Positions 35,332-45,989 of a DNA stretch of 64,000 bases are shown here, piece by piece. A program made the translations under genes and the position numbers. Source of the DNA: Gemmatimonadota bacterium. Its GTDB lineage: Bacteria > Gemmatimonadota > Gemmatimonadetes > Gemmatimonadales > GWC2-71-9. The notes under the pieces are model-generated. The model searched no databases and was not told the DNA's origin. It saw only the letters and a program-made list of their open reading frames with translations. The stretch spans positions 6,156 through 70,155 of the forward strand of contig QHTK01000046.1 of the NCBI GenBank assembly GCA_003220795.1. The letters run 5' to 3'. Every line of letters starts with the position of its first letter. The stretch's first letter is position 1.

Positions 35332-35556
35332 GGCGTCTCCCTGTCACGTGAGGTTCTAGCGGCGTTACACCACAGCAGCGTCGGCCTATTATGCAGGCTC
35401 GACGGGAGGCACGGTAGGGCGGCCCGTGCTTGCATCACTTTGCCTCACAAAGTACATTGCCTGGCGGGGTCCAACAGGGAGGAGGTCGGACTCACGCTCC
35501 TGCCGATCCCGCTTGCGTTTCTCGACTGGATTGTCCGCGCTCTTGGGAGGTGAACG

Positions 35557-35790
35557 ATGGCGCAGCGCCGCTGGTTCGTTGCGTGGGGCTGGGTATACCG
35601 GCCGGTGACCTGGCAGGCCTTCGTGCTGGTGCTCCTCGCCGCCCTGTTTTGCCTGCAAGTGTTTTGGGCGGTCGATCGCCACTCGCACTCCGTGAGTGAC
35701 ACATTGTACGGGATTTTTCCGTACGTCGCGCCGTGCCTCATGCTCTTGAACTGGGCCGCTTCGAAGACCAGCGGAGGCGCGGCGGCCTGA
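35557..35790 (+). CDS. Small membrane protein
   Basis: GGGAGG RBS; 2 TM. Confidence 0.35.
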   Translation: MAQRRWFVAWGWVYRPVTWQAFVLVLLAALFCLQVFWAVDRHSHSVSDTLYGIFPYVAPCLMLLNWAASKTSGGAAA

Positions 35791-35884
35791 GCAGGGAAGG
35801 GCCCGGAGCAAGCTGCAACCACCTTGCCCGACGCGCGCGTCACCAGCAGTTTTAGCGCGCGTGGTCAACAGGGGATCGAGCCGG

Positions 35885-36487
35885 ATGACGAGAGCGTGCG
35901 TGGTCGGGGCCGGGGCGCTGGCGCTCATCGGGACCGCAGCACAGGCCCAGACCGACCGCGACCGGCCGGGCTACAGCGCGGCGGACGTGCACTTCATGGC
36001 GGGCATGATCGTCCACCACGCGCAGGCGGTGCTGATCGCCGGCTGGGCGCCGACGCACGACGCGAGTCCGGCCCTGCGCGCGCTGTGCGAGCGCATCGTC
36101 GTCGGACAACGTGACGAGATCGCCGTCATGCAGCGCTGGTTGCGGGAGCGCCATCAGCCGGTGCCGGATCCCGACCCGCACGGCTACCTGATGCCGGGGA
36201 TGGATCACCCCATGCTGATGCCGGGCATGCTGACCCAGGCACAGTTGGCGCAGCTCGACGCCGCCCGTGGCGCTGGGTTCGATCGGCTGTTCCTCACCTT
36301 CATGATCCAGCACCACCGCGGTGCCCTCACCATGGTGCGCGAGCTGGTCGACACCCCGGGCGCGGCGCGGGACGGGCCGTTGTTTCAGATCGCCTCCGAC
36401 GTGAGCGCCGACCAGACGACGGAGATCGACCGCATGACCCGCATGCTCGATGGCCTGCCTCAACCCCCTCAACGGAGCCCCCAGTGA
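35885..36487 (+). CDS. DUF305-family secreted protein (copy 1)
   Basis: Signal peptide; FMAGMIVHHAQAV, MQRWL, FLTFMIQHHRGALTMV; alternative GTG at 35861. Confidence 0.75.
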   Translation: MTRACVVGAGALALIGTAAQAQTDRDRPGYSAADVHFMAGMIVHHAQAVLIAGWAPTHDASPALRALCERIVVGQRDEIAVMQRWLRERHQPVPDPDPHGYLMPGMDHPMLMPGMLTQAQLAQLDAARGAGFDRLFLTFMIQHHRGALTMVRELVDTPGAARDGPLFQIASDVSADQTTEIDRMTRMLDGLPQPPQRSPQ

Positions 36488-38481
36488 GATCCAAGCTCGT
36501 CCTGCTCGCGTTCGGCACGGTCGTCGCCGCCTGCGCCACCGCCACGAAGTTCGACATGTCCCCCACGGCGCCCAGCCCCGATCGACGTGTCGGGCTGCGC
36601 GCGGGGTGGATGAACGCCGCCGCAGCGGCGTGGAATCTGCGCCTCGTCACCGCCGCGCCCAAGCCGGCGGCGTTCACGGACGATACCAATCCCGGCGATT
36701 TCGCCTTCCTCAATTCGGACATTGCGTTCACCGGACACTACGTCATTCAGGGCAACTTCCACGGTTTGCAGGTGTGGGACATCGCGCAGCCGAGCCATCC
36801 CACGCTCGTCACGACCTACGCCTGCCCCGACGCGCAGAACGACGTCTCGGTGTACCGCAACCTGCTGTTCACCTCGGGCGAGGACTTCAACGGCCGGCTC
36901 GACTGCGGGACCCAGGGCGTGCCGGATTCGGTGAGCAAGGACCGCATGCGCGGCATCCGCATCTTCGACATCTCGGACATCACGCACCCCAAGCCCATCA
37001 CCAGCGTGCAGACGTGCCGTGGCTCGCACACCCACACCGTCGTCACCGATCCGAACGACCCGGTGAACATCTACATCTACGTGTCGGGCTCGGCCCCGGT
37101 CCGCTCGCCCAATGAGCTCGCGGGATGTTCCGACCTGACGCCGGACAAGGATCCGAACAGCGAGCGGTTCCGCATCGAGGTGATCCAGGTGCCCCTGGCC
37201 CATCCGGAGCAGGCGCACGTGGTGAGCAAGCCGGCGATCCTCGCGGACCTCACCGCGCGGGAATCGCACGGCGAGGCGCCGGAGGATATCGCCGCGGCGG
37301 CCAAGGCGGCCGCGGAGGCGCGCGCCAAGGGCGGGTTCACCGCGACGATACGCGGCACGGAAATCGTCCTGGGGCCGCGCTTCGTCGCCGCGCGGCTCGA
37401 CAGCATCATCAAGGCGCGCGGGGGCAGCGGGGCACCGACCGGCGCCGACAGCGCCACGCTGCGGGCCGCGGTGCAGGGCATCGTGGATCGGATCGTCAAC
37501 CCGCCGAACCCCGGAAACGGTCCCCGGCCGGGGCCGGTCCAGTGCCACGACATCACCGTCTACCCGGCGCTGGGGATCGCGGGCGGCGCGTGCGCCGGGT
37601 ACGGCCTGCTGCTCGACATTCGCGACCCGGCCCACCCGCGGCGGCTCGCCGCGGTGGCCGATTCGAACTTCGCGTTCTGGCATTCGGCGACGTTCAACAA
37701 CGACGGCACCAAACTGCTGTTCACCGACGAGTGGGGTGGGGGGCTAGCGCCCAAGTGCCGCGTTACCGACAAGCCCGAGTGGGGAGCCGACGCGATCTTC
37801 ACCGTGGCCCACGACACGATGACGTTCCGCAGCTACTACAAGCTGCCGGCGCCGCAGACGTCCAACGAAAACTGTGTGGCGCACAACGGCTCGCTCGTGC
37901 CCGTCCCCGGGCGCGACATCATGGTCCAGGGCTGGTATCAGGGCGGCATCTCCGTGTTCGACTGGACCGATCCGACGCACCCTAAGGAGATCGCGTACTT
38001 CGACCGCGGCCCGATGGACTCGACCAAGCTGGTGGGCGCCGGCTCGTGGTCCGCGTACTGGTACAACGGTTACATCATCAGCTCGGAAATTGGGCGCGGG
38101 CTGGACGTGCTCGAGTTGTTGCCGAGCGGCTTGCTGTCGCAGAACGAGATCGACGCGGCGAAGCTCGTGCACTTCGACTACCTGAACGTCCAGGACCAGC
38201 CCAAGCTGGTCTGGCCCCCGAGCTTCGTGGTGGCGCGCGCCTACGTGGACCAGCTGGCGCGCGCGAACGGTCTGGCGCCCGACAAGGTGGCGGCCGTGCG
38301 GTCCGCGCTCGCACGCGCCGAGGGGCTGTCGGGGCAGCAGCGCCAGGACGCGCTGACGCAGCTGGCGACGCAGCTGAACAATGATTCCCAGGGCGCCGCA
38401 GATCAGGCGAAGGTGCGGGCGCTCGCCACAGCCGTGACGGAACTGGCCAACGGGAGGGGCGCGGGCCGAGCCGGGCTGTAG
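36484..38481 (+). CDS. LVIVD-repeat-type beta-propeller lipoprotein (copy 1)
   Basis: GTGA overlap with the upstream gene; lipobox VVAAC; repeated ...hP..h motifs (VWDIAQPSHP, IFDISDITHP, LLDIRDPAHP, VFDWTDPTHP). Confidence 0.65.
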   Translation: MRSKLVLLAFGTVVAACATATKFDMSPTAPSPDRRVGLRAGWMNAAAAAWNLRLVTAAPKPAAFTDDTNPGDFAFLNSDIAFTGHYVIQGNFHGLQVWDIAQPSHPTLVTTYACPDAQNDVSVYRNLLFTSGEDFNGRLDCGTQGVPDSVSKDRMRGIRIFDISDITHPKPITSVQTCRGSHTHTVVTDPNDPVNIYIYVSGSAPVRSPNELAGCSDLTPDKDPNSERFRIEVIQVPLAHPEQAHVVSKPAILADLTARESHGEAPEDIAAAAKAAAEARAKGGFTATIRGTEIVLGPRFVAARLDSIIKARGGSGAPTGADSATLRAAVQGIVDRIVNPPNPGNGPRPGPVQCHDITVYPALGIAGGACAGYGLLLDIRDPAHPRRLAAVADSNFAFWHSATFNNDGTKLLFTDEWGGGLAPKCRVTDKPEWGADAIFTVAHDTMTFRSYYKLPAPQTSNENCVAHNGSLVPVPGRDIMVQGWYQGGISVFDWTDPTHPKEIAYFDRGPMDSTKLVGAGSWSAYWYNGYIISSEIGRGLDVLELLPSGLLSQNEIDAAKLVHFDYLNVQDQPKLVWPPSFVVARAYVDQLARANGLAPDKVAAVRSALARAEGLSGQQRQDALTQLATQLNNDSQGAADQAKVRALATAVTELANGRGAGRAGL

Positions 38482-38488
38482 GTGTCGG

Positions 38489-39091
38489 ATGAAGACGACC
38501 TTCCTCGCGGTCATCGTCGCGGCGGCGTGCGCCACGACCACCCGCCAGGGGCCGGCGGCGCGTCCCGCCTCACCCGCGGCGCCCGCCTTCACGCCGGCCG
38601 ACGTGCGCTTCATGGCCGGCATGATCGGTCACCACGCGCAGGCGGTGCTGATGGCCGGCTGGGCGCCCTCGCACGATGCGAGTGCGGCCGTGCGCGCCCT
38701 GTGCGAGCGGGTCGTCGTGGGCCAGCGCGACGAGATCGCCCTCATGCAGCGCTGGCTCCGGGAGCGGCATGAGCCCGTGCCGGAAGCGGATCCCGCTCAC
38801 TTCACGATGCCGGGCATGGACCCCTCCATGCTGATGCCCGGTATGTTGACCGCCGAGCAGCTGGCGCAGCTGGATCGGGCACGTGGCCCCGAGTTCGACC
38901 GGCTGTTCCTGACGTTCATGATCCAGCACCACCAGGGTGCCATCACCATGGTGAATCAGCTGTTCGGCTCGCAGGGTGGGGGAGAACAAGAGACGGTGTT
39001 CCGGTTCGCCTCCGACGTCTTCGCCGATCAGTCCACCGAAATTGACCGCATGAACCGCATGCTCGAAGCCTTCCACCGGAGCCCACCGTGA
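38489..39091 (+). CDS. DUF305-family lipoprotein (copy 2)
   Basis: Lipobox VAAAC; same motifs as copy 1. Confidence 0.75.
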   Translation: MKTTFLAVIVAAACATTTRQGPAARPASPAAPAFTPADVRFMAGMIGHHAQAVLMAGWAPSHDASAAVRALCERVVVGQRDEIALMQRWLRERHEPVPEADPAHFTMPGMDPSMLMPGMLTAEQLAQLDRARGPEFDRLFLTFMIQHHQGAITMVNQLFGSQGGGEQETVFRFASDVFADQSTEIDRMNRMLEAFHRSPP

Positions 39092-41046
39092 AAGCTGCGT
39101 CGTTGTCTCTGTCGCTTGCGACCCTCGCGCTGTCCCTCGCCGCGTGCGCCACCGCGAAGCTCGATATGTCCACTACGGCGCCCAGCCCCGACCGACGGGT
39201 CGGGCTGCGCGCGGGAGAGATGAACGCCGGCGAAGCGACCTGGAACCTGCGGGTAGTCTCGAAAACTCGGCCGTCGGAGAAGTTCGCCGGGGTCACGAAC
39301 TCCGATCTCTCGTTCTCCGGGCATTATGTGATCCAGGGCAATTACAACGGCTATCAGGTCTGGGACATGATGAACCCGAAGAAGCCGCGGCTGAAGATCG
39401 GGTTTCTCTGTCCGGCTTCACAAAGCGACGTCTCCGTCTACAAGAACCTGCTCTTCGTATCGGGTGAGGGCATGTCCGGCCGGCTCGATTGCGGCACGCA
39501 GGGGGTGCACGACTCGGTCAGCGCGGACCGGCTCCGCGGCATCCGGATCTTCGACATCACCGACATCGCCAACCCGAAGTACATCGGGAATGTCCAGACC
39601 TGCCGGGGGTCGCACACGCACACCGTGGTGGAAGATCCCACCGACAAGGACAACGTGTACGTCTACGTGTCCGGATCGGCGGGCGTGCGGTCGCCGAACG
39701 AGCTCCCCGGGTGCTCGACGCTGGCGCCGGATCAGGACCCGAACTCCGCGCTGTTTCGGATCGAGATCATCAAGGTGCCGCTGGCCCACCCGGAGCTGGC
39801 GAGCATCGTGAGCTCGCCCCGGATCTTCAACGATCTCACGGAAGCCGCCACGCACGCCGAGGCGCCGGAGGATATCGCCGCCGCGGCGAAGGCCGCCGCT
39901 GAAGCGCGGGCCCAAGGCGGATTCACCGCGACGATCCGCGGCATAGAGCGCGTTGCACCGTCGGGATTCATCCAGCCGCTGCTCGACAGCATCGTCAAGG
40001 CCCGACAGGGGACCGGTGCGCCAACGGGTGCGGACAGCGCTGCGCTCCGAGGGGCCTTGCAGCGGATCGTGGATGCGCTGGTCGGCGGCCCGCCGCCCGG
40101 CATGAGGAACGGGGTGCGCCCCGGGCCCACCCAGTGCCACGACATCACCGTCTACCCGGCCATCGGGCTGGCCGGCGGTGCTTGCGGCGGGTACGGCCTG
40201 CTGCTGGATATCCATGATGTGGCCCACCCGAAGCGGATCAGCGCCGTGGCCGATTCGAACTTCTCGTTCTGGCACTCGGCGACGTTCAACAACGACGGGA
40301 CCAAGCTCCTGTTCACCGACGAGTGGGGCGGCGGCGGGCAGCCCCGCTGCCGAGCGACGGACAAGTACGAGTGGGGCGCCGACGCGATCTTCACGCTGTC
40401 GGGTGACACCATGAAGTTCCAGAGCTACTACAAAATGCCCGCCCCGCAGACGGCGAACGAAAACTGCGTGGCGCACAACGGCTCGTTGATTCCGATCCCG
40501 GGGCGCGACATCATGGTCCAGGCCTGGTATCAGGGGGGAGTGTCGGTGTTCGACTGGACCGATCCGGCGCATCCCAAGGAGATCGCGTATTTCGACCGCG
40601 GCCCGATGGACGCGACCAAGCCCGTGGGCGCGGGCTCGTGGTCCGCGTACTGGTACAACGGCTATATCGTGAGCTCGGAGATCGCACGGGGGCTCGATAT
40701 CCTCGAGCTGCAGCCGAGCGGGTTCCTCTCCCAGAACGAGATCGATGCGGCGAAGCTGGTGCACTTCGACTACCTGAACGTCCAGGACCAGCCCAAGCTG
40801 GTCTGGCCGGCGAGCCTCGTGGTGGCGCGCGCCTACCTGGACCAGCTCGCCCGCTCCAACGGCTTGGCGCCCGACAAGGTGGCGGCCATGCGGGCCGCGC
40901 TCGCGCGCGCCGAACGGCTTTCGGGGCCAGAGCGGCGGGACGCGCTGACGCCGCTGGTGACCGAGCTAGACGGCAGTTCGCAGGGCGCCGGCGATCCGGC
41001 GAAGGTGCAGGCGCTCGCCGCGGTGGTGAAGAACCTGATGGAATGA
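39088..41046 (+). CDS. LVIVD-repeat-type beta-propeller lipoprotein (copy 2)
   Basis: GTGA overlap; lipobox SLAAC; collinear with copy 1 along its full length. Confidence 0.65.
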   Translation: MKAASLSLSLATLALSLAACATAKLDMSTTAPSPDRRVGLRAGEMNAGEATWNLRVVSKTRPSEKFAGVTNSDLSFSGHYVIQGNYNGYQVWDMMNPKKPRLKIGFLCPASQSDVSVYKNLLFVSGEGMSGRLDCGTQGVHDSVSADRLRGIRIFDITDIANPKYIGNVQTCRGSHTHTVVEDPTDKDNVYVYVSGSAGVRSPNELPGCSTLAPDQDPNSALFRIEIIKVPLAHPELASIVSSPRIFNDLTEAATHAEAPEDIAAAAKAAAEARAQGGFTATIRGIERVAPSGFIQPLLDSIVKARQGTGAPTGADSAALRGALQRIVDALVGGPPPGMRNGVRPGPTQCHDITVYPAIGLAGGACGGYGLLLDIHDVAHPKRISAVADSNFSFWHSATFNNDGTKLLFTDEWGGGGQPRCRATDKYEWGADAIFTLSGDTMKFQSYYKMPAPQTANENCVAHNGSLIPIPGRDIMVQAWYQGGVSVFDWTDPAHPKEIAYFDRGPMDATKPVGAGSWSAYWYNGYIVSSEIARGLDILELQPSGFLSQNEIDAAKLVHFDYLNVQDQPKLVWPASLVVARAYLDQLARSNGLAPDKVAAMRAALARAERLSGPERRDALTPLVTELDGSSQGAGDPAKVQALAAVVKNLME

Positions 41047-41057
41047 AGGAGGTCGTC

Positions 41058-41618
41058 ATGACCGGATTGCTCGCGCTGTCGCTCCCGATCCTGCTGTCGG
41101 CGGTGCTCGTCTTTGTCGTGAGCTCCGTGATCCACATGGCGTCGCCCTGGCACAAGGGTGACTACCCCAAGCTGTCGAACGAAGACCGCGTGATGGACGC
41201 GCTGCGGCCGCTCGCCATCCCGCCGGGGGACTACATGATGCCACGCCCGGCGAGCAGAGAGGAGATGCGCTCCCCGCAGTTCCTCGAAAAGTTCAAGAGA
41301 GGCCCGGTCATGATGTTCACCGTGTGGCCCGGCGGCTCCATGTCGATGGGGAGGCAGCTCGTGCAGTGGTTCCTGTACGCCGTCGCCGTCGGATGCTTCG
41401 CGGCATATGTCGCGGGGCGCGCCCTGTCTGCCGGCGCCCCGTCGGCACAGGTGTTCCGGCTCGCCGGTGTCACGGCGTTTGTGGGATACTCGCTGGCGCT
41501 GTGGCAGATGTCGATCTGGTACCGCCGCTCCTGGACGATCACGATCAAGGCGACGGTGGACGGGGTGATCTACGCGCTGCTCACAGCCGCCGCATTCGCA
41601 TGGTTGTGGCCGCACTAG
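41058..41618 (+). CDS. Membrane protein
   Basis: AAGGAGG RBS; 4 TM; the track ORF N-extension (40638) is a run-on. Confidence 0.5.
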   Translation: MTGLLALSLPILLSAVLVFVVSSVIHMASPWHKGDYPKLSNEDRVMDALRPLAIPPGDYMMPRPASREEMRSPQFLEKFKRGPVMMFTVWPGGSMSMGRQLVQWFLYAVAVGCFAAYVAGRALSAGAPSAQVFRLAGVTAFVGYSLALWQMSIWYRRSWTITIKATVDGVIYALLTAAAFAWLWPH

Positions 41619-42706
41619 CATGGTTGTCGTTGCTGGGCCCGCTGTGCGGCCAGGGACCTGGCTGGATGTTTGGTCCCTTCGAGAAGCCCCAACACGTCAA
41701 CCCGGTCCTCACGCCCAATCCCGCCGCCACGTTCCGTTCTCCCGTGAACGACAGCGTCGTGCGGTGGGAGGAGTTCGCCACCTTCAATCCCGCGGCCGCA
41801 GTGAGAGACGGGAAGGTGTACGTGCTGTACCGCGCCGAGGACGCGAGCGGCGAGATGCGGATCGGCCGCCATACCTCGCGTCTCGGGCTGGCCAGGAGCG
41901 AGGACGGACTGCGTTTCACACGAGATAATGCGCCGGTGCTGTACCCGGACAAGGACGCGCAAGCGCAGTTCGAATGGCCCGGCGGAGTCGAGGACCCGCG
42001 TCTCATCGAGGCGCGGGACAGCACCTATGTGCTGACCTACACGCAGTGGAACCGCGACATCCCGCGCCTGGCCATCGCGACGTCCCGGGACTTGATCCAT
42101 TGGACCAAGCACGGGCCCGCATTCGCGCGCGCGGGCGGCGGGAAGTACCGGGATCTGGAATCCAAGTCAGGAGCCATCCTCGGCCAGGTGGCCGGAAACC
42201 GGATCATCGCGACCGCGCTGCACGGGAAGTACTGGATGTACTTCAATGTCCCCGACATTCTCATCGCCACCTCCGACGACCTCGTCGACTGGACGCCCCT
42301 GGCGGACTCGAGCGGCCGGCTGGTCAAGGTGCTCTCGCCCCGCTCCGGATATTTCGACTCCTGGCTGGTCGAGGCCGGTCCGCCGGCGCTCCTCACCGCT
42401 CACGGGATTCTCTTGCTGTACAACGCGGGCAACAGCGGCGAGTTTGGCGACCCGACTCTTCCCGCGCGGGTGTATACGGGGGGACAAGCGTTGTACGACT
42501 CCCGCAATCCGCTCAAGCTGATCGCTCGCTCGGACGCGCCGTTCCTTCGGCCCACGGAGGACTACGAGCGGAACGGGCAGTACCCGGCGGGAACGACGTT
42601 CGTGGAGGGGCTGGTCCCGTTCCACGGGCGCTGGTACCTGTACTACGGTACGGCCGACTCGCGGGTCGGGGTAGCGGTGTGGGATCCGAGCCGGCGTACG
42701 CGGTGA
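41600..42706 (+). CDS. Glycoside hydrolase family 130-like protein
   Basis: Signal peptide; [20 protein letters not shown] ... [14 protein letters not shown] ... [15 protein letters not shown]. Confidence 0.7.
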   Translation: MVVAALAWLSLLGPLCGQGPGWMFGPFEKPQHVNPVLTPNPAATFRSPVNDSVVRWEEFATFNPAAAVRDGKVYVLYRAEDASGEMRIGRHTSRLGLARSEDGLRFTRDNAPVLYPDKDAQAQFEWPGGVEDPRLIEARDSTYVLTYTQWNRDIPRLAIATSRDLIHWTKHGPAFARAGGGKYRDLESKSGAILGQVAGNRIIATALHGKYWMYFNVPDILIATSDDLVDWTPLADSSGRLVKVLSPRSGYFDSWLVEAGPPALLTAHGILLLYNAGNSGEFGDPTLPARVYTGGQALYDSRNPLKLIARSDAPFLRPTEDYERNGQYPAGTTFVEGLVPFHGRWYLYYGTADSRVGVAVWDPSRRTR

Positions 42707-42808
42707 CGGCGCAACCGGGCTCCCCAGCGGCTCGCCGACCGGCGCACGCGCGCGTAGTTTAAGCGCCGCGTGCGTTGTCATCCGCGTCCAGTTGGAAGGA
42801 GCCCGACC

Positions 42809-43462
42809 ATGGCGATCCGCATTGGTGACGAAGCGCCCGACTTCACCGCCGAAACGACCGAGGGCCCGATTCATTTTCACGAGTGGCTCGGCGACAAGTG
42901 GGCGATCCTGTTCTCGCACCCCAAGGACTTCACGCCGGTGTGCACCACCGAGCTCGGTTACATGGCCCGCCTCAAGCCGGAGTTCGACCGGCGCAACACC
43001 AAAGTCCTCGGGCTGAGCGCCGACCCCGTGAGTGACCACGCCCGCTGGGTCAACGACATCCAGGAGACCCAGGGCCACGCGGTGAACTACCCGCTGATCG
43101 GCGACGCCGACCTGACCGTGGCCAAGCTGTACGACATGATCCACCCGAACGCGAGCGGCGGGAAGCGCACGGCGGTGGAGAACGCGACCGTGCGGTCGGT
43201 GTTCGTGATCGGTCCGGACAAGAAGGTCAAGGCGATGATCGCCTATCCCATGAGCACCGGCCGCAATTTCGATGAAGTGCTGCGACTGCTCGACTCCGTG
43301 CAGCTCACGGCGAAGCATGCAGTGGCGACGCCGGTCAACTGGAAGCCGGGTCAGGACGTGATCATCCCCGCGTCGGTCTCGGACGAGGATGCTCGGAAGA
43401 AGTATCCGCAGGGCTTCAAGACCCACAAGCCCTATCTGCGTACCGTGCAACAGCCGAAATAG
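42809..43462 (+). CDS. 1-Cys peroxiredoxin
   Basis: IGDEAPDFTAETTEGPIHFHEW ... FSHPKDFTPVCTTE. Confidence 0.9.
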   Translation: MAIRIGDEAPDFTAETTEGPIHFHEWLGDKWAILFSHPKDFTPVCTTELGYMARLKPEFDRRNTKVLGLSADPVSDHARWVNDIQETQGHAVNYPLIGDADLTVAKLYDMIHPNASGGKRTAVENATVRSVFVIGPDKKVKAMIAYPMSTGRNFDEVLRLLDSVQLTAKHAVATPVNWKPGQDVIIPASVSDEDARKKYPQGFKTHKPYLRTVQQPK

Positions 43463-43476
43463 GGAGGAGCGCGCCG

Positions 43477-45267
43477 ATGACCCTCGTCAGGGTCGCCCCC
43501 CTCGCGCAGGACGTCGATCTGTCCAAGACCTACGACGCGGTGGTCGTAGGCTCGGGCGCGGCCGGCGGCATGGCCGCCCACGTCCTGACGACACGCGGCC
43601 TGAAGGTGCTGATGCTCGAGGCCGGGAAGAAGCTGCCCATCGAGCAGGAGCTGCGCTCGATGCAGTGGCCCTACGATCACCCGCGCCGGGGGGACGCCCC
43701 GCCCGGTTACCATGCGCTGTCGTTCAACGAGTACACCATCCGGACGCCTCCGTACGCCAAGAACAGCACGTTCAAGCACGTCATGTCCTATGTGGGCGGG
43801 TGGGGCGGGTCCGACTACGTCAAGAACATTCTCGTCGACGAGAAGGATCATCCCTACACCGGCACGACGTACGCGTGGGTGCGCGCGCGCGCGCTCGGGG
43901 GCAAGACCAACATCTGGGGCCGCCTGGCCTTGCGCCTGTCGGACTACGACTTCAAGGCGAAGACCCACGACGGTTACGGCGAAGACTGGCCGATCTCGTA
44001 CGCGGACCTGGAGCCCTACTACGACAAGGTCGACCTCTACCTTGGCATCTCCGGGCACAAGGAGAACCTGCCGCATCTGCCCGACAGCCTGTTCCAGCGA
44101 CCCACCAAGCTCAATCTCGCCGAAGTGCAGCTGCGGGAGAGCCTCAAGAAGATGGGACGGGTCCTGACGCCGTACCGCGCCGGCGTCACCACCGATGGCC
44201 TGAAGCACAACCGGTACCGGAGCAAGTGTTACGGCCGCGGTGCCTGCGGCCGGCGCCCGGGTGGGTGCGATATCCACGCCGCGTTCGACTCGCCCACCGG
44301 GCTCATCTACCCCGCGATGGACACCGGGAATCTCACGGTTCGGCCCAACTCGATCGCGCATGAGATCCTGGTCGACCCCAATACCGGTCGGGCGCGGGGC
44401 GTTGCCTTCCTCGACAGTGAGACGCGCAAGAGCTACGAAGCCAAGGCCAGGGTCGTGATCGTGGCAGCCTCGACGCTCGAATCCGCCCGCCTGCTGCTCC
44501 TGTCGCGCTCGCGCCAGCATCCCAACGGCCTCGGCAACTCGAGCGGGCACGTGGGCCACAACTTCTGCGAGCACGTGATGGGTCCCGGGGTCACGGGGCT
44601 CGTGAAAGACTTGGTCGGCAAGCCGCCCACCTTGGACGACGGCCGCCCCGGCGGGTTCTACATCCCCCGGTTCCGCAACCTGAAGGACCGTCAACCGGGG
44701 TTCGTGCGCGGCTATGGCTTCGAGGGAGGCGGTGGCTTTTCGATTTTCCCGGGGCATGCCTTTGGGGCCAAGGGATTCGGCGCGCAATTCAAGAAAGACG
44801 TGCGCGACCACGCCGGCGCGTTCATCAGGATGGGCGGCTTCGGCGAGGTGCTGGCCCGCTACGAGAACTACGTCGATCTCGATCCCGACGCGAAAGACGC
44901 GTGGGGGATCCCCACACTGCGCTTCCATTATCAGTTCGGCGACAACGAGCGCAGGATGTGCGAGGACATGGTGGTCGCCGGGCGCGAGATGTTCGAGGCG
45001 GCGGGGATCGAGGTCGTGGGCGCGGACGATAAGATGCTGACCGAGGGATGGTCGATTCACGAGCTGGGCACGGCCCGGATGGGAAACGACCCCAAGACGT
45101 CGGTGCTGAATCAGTTCCAGCAGTCCCACGACGTGAAGAACCTGTTCGTCGTGGACGGGTCGAGTCACGTGAGCGCGTCGTGCCAGAATCCCACGTGGAC
45201 CATCATGGCTCTGGCGTGGCGCTCCTGTGAGTATCTGGCGAGCGAATTCAAGAAAGGGAACGTATGA
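43477..45267 (+). CDS. GMC-family FAD oxidoreductase
   Basis: YDAVVVGSGAAGG; C-terminal HELGTARMG ... NLFVVDGS. Confidence 0.85.
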   Translation: MTLVRVAPLAQDVDLSKTYDAVVVGSGAAGGMAAHVLTTRGLKVLMLEAGKKLPIEQELRSMQWPYDHPRRGDAPPGYHALSFNEYTIRTPPYAKNSTFKHVMSYVGGWGGSDYVKNILVDEKDHPYTGTTYAWVRARALGGKTNIWGRLALRLSDYDFKAKTHDGYGEDWPISYADLEPYYDKVDLYLGISGHKENLPHLPDSLFQRPTKLNLAEVQLRESLKKMGRVLTPYRAGVTTDGLKHNRYRSKCYGRGACGRRPGGCDIHAAFDSPTGLIYPAMDTGNLTVRPNSIAHEILVDPNTGRARGVAFLDSETRKSYEAKARVVIVAASTLESARLLLLSRSRQHPNGLGNSSGHVGHNFCEHVMGPGVTGLVKDLVGKPPTLDDGRPGGFYIPRFRNLKDRQPGFVRGYGFEGGGGFSIFPGHAFGAKGFGAQFKKDVRDHAGAFIRMGGFGEVLARYENYVDLDPDAKDAWGIPTLRFHYQFGDNERRMCEDMVVAGREMFEAAGIEVVGADDKMLTEGWSIHELGTARMGNDPKTSVLNQFQQSHDVKNLFVVDGSSHVSASCQNPTWTIMALAWRSCEYLASEFKKGNV

Positions 45268-45827
45268 CCGACGCGACCAATCCCAAGGGCGAGACGCTCT
45301 CGCGCCGCGAGATGCTCGAAGTGACCGCAGCGGCGATCGCCGCTCCGTTGCTCAAGCAGGGGCCGGCGGCAGTGCAGCCAGCGCTCCAGACCGGCCCCAA
45401 GTTTTTCACCGGGCCGGAGTTTGCGCTGCTCGACGAGCTGTCAGACTTGATCATCCCCACCGACGCCCATTCCCCCGGCGCGCGCGCCGCCGGCGTGGCC
45501 GCGTACCTCGATTTCCGTTTGGCGGACTCGCTCGATACCGAGCAGCAGACTAAGTGGCGCTCGGGTCTCGCGGCCGTCGACGCCCTGTCGAAGGAGCTGA
45601 ATGGGCAGGCCTTCCTGCAGGGTTCGGCCGACCAGCGGGTCGCGGTGCTCACGCGGATTGCGGCGGGGGAGCAGGACCCCAAGACTCCCGCCGAGCACTT
45701 CTTCCAGGAGCTCAAGCGGTCGACGGTGCGAGCGTACTACACCTCCAAGGTCGGGATCCATGCCGACCAGCAGTACAAGGGAAACGTGTACCAGCGGGGG
45801 GAATTCGCAGGCTTCGATGCGAAGTGA
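45264..45827 (+). CDS. Gluconate 2-dehydrogenase subunit 3-family protein
   Basis: ATGA overlap with the GMC gene; Tat-like SRREMLEVTAAAIAAPL. Confidence 0.7.
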   Translation: MTDATNPKGETLSRREMLEVTAAAIAAPLLKQGPAAVQPALQTGPKFFTGPEFALLDELSDLIIPTDAHSPGARAAGVAAYLDFRLADSLDTEQQTKWRSGLAAVDALSKELNGQAFLQGSADQRVAVLTRIAAGEQDPKTPAEHFFQELKRSTVRAYYTSKVGIHADQQYKGNVYQRGEFAGFDAK

Positions 45828-45842
45828 GACGATGTTTTCAAG

Positions 45843-45963
45843 TGACGGAAGCGCTTTAGGTTAAGCTGCCTGCGTGATCCCCGCCACAGCCGGGAATACG
45901 GGCCCTCAGCGAGAGTTGATAGCGCCCAAGGTTCACTGAGGCCGCAGCGCCCCCTCCTCAGGG
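45843..45963 (+). repeat. Possible decayed full-length attC relic
   Basis: GGAAGCGCTTTAGGTTAAGCTGCCTGCGTGATCC (compare AAGCGCTTGAAGCTGGCGGGCGGTGATCGC) ... GGCCGCAGCGCCCCCTCCTCAGG (compare GCCCGCAGCTTAAGCGCGATCCGTTAGG), in an intergenic gap between + strand genes. Confidence 0.35.
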
Positions 45964-45989
45964 TAGTCTCTCACTTACAGGAGAGAGCG

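Noticed and set aside
30861-42760. Shared TAGTTTAA motif upstream of genes at 30878 and 42809 as a possible -10 promoter element or leaderless start
   Set aside because: It is more parsimoniously a mutated L' box (CAGCTTAAG to TAGTTTAA) of decayed attC sites. Two occurrences are insufficient to call a promoter motif.
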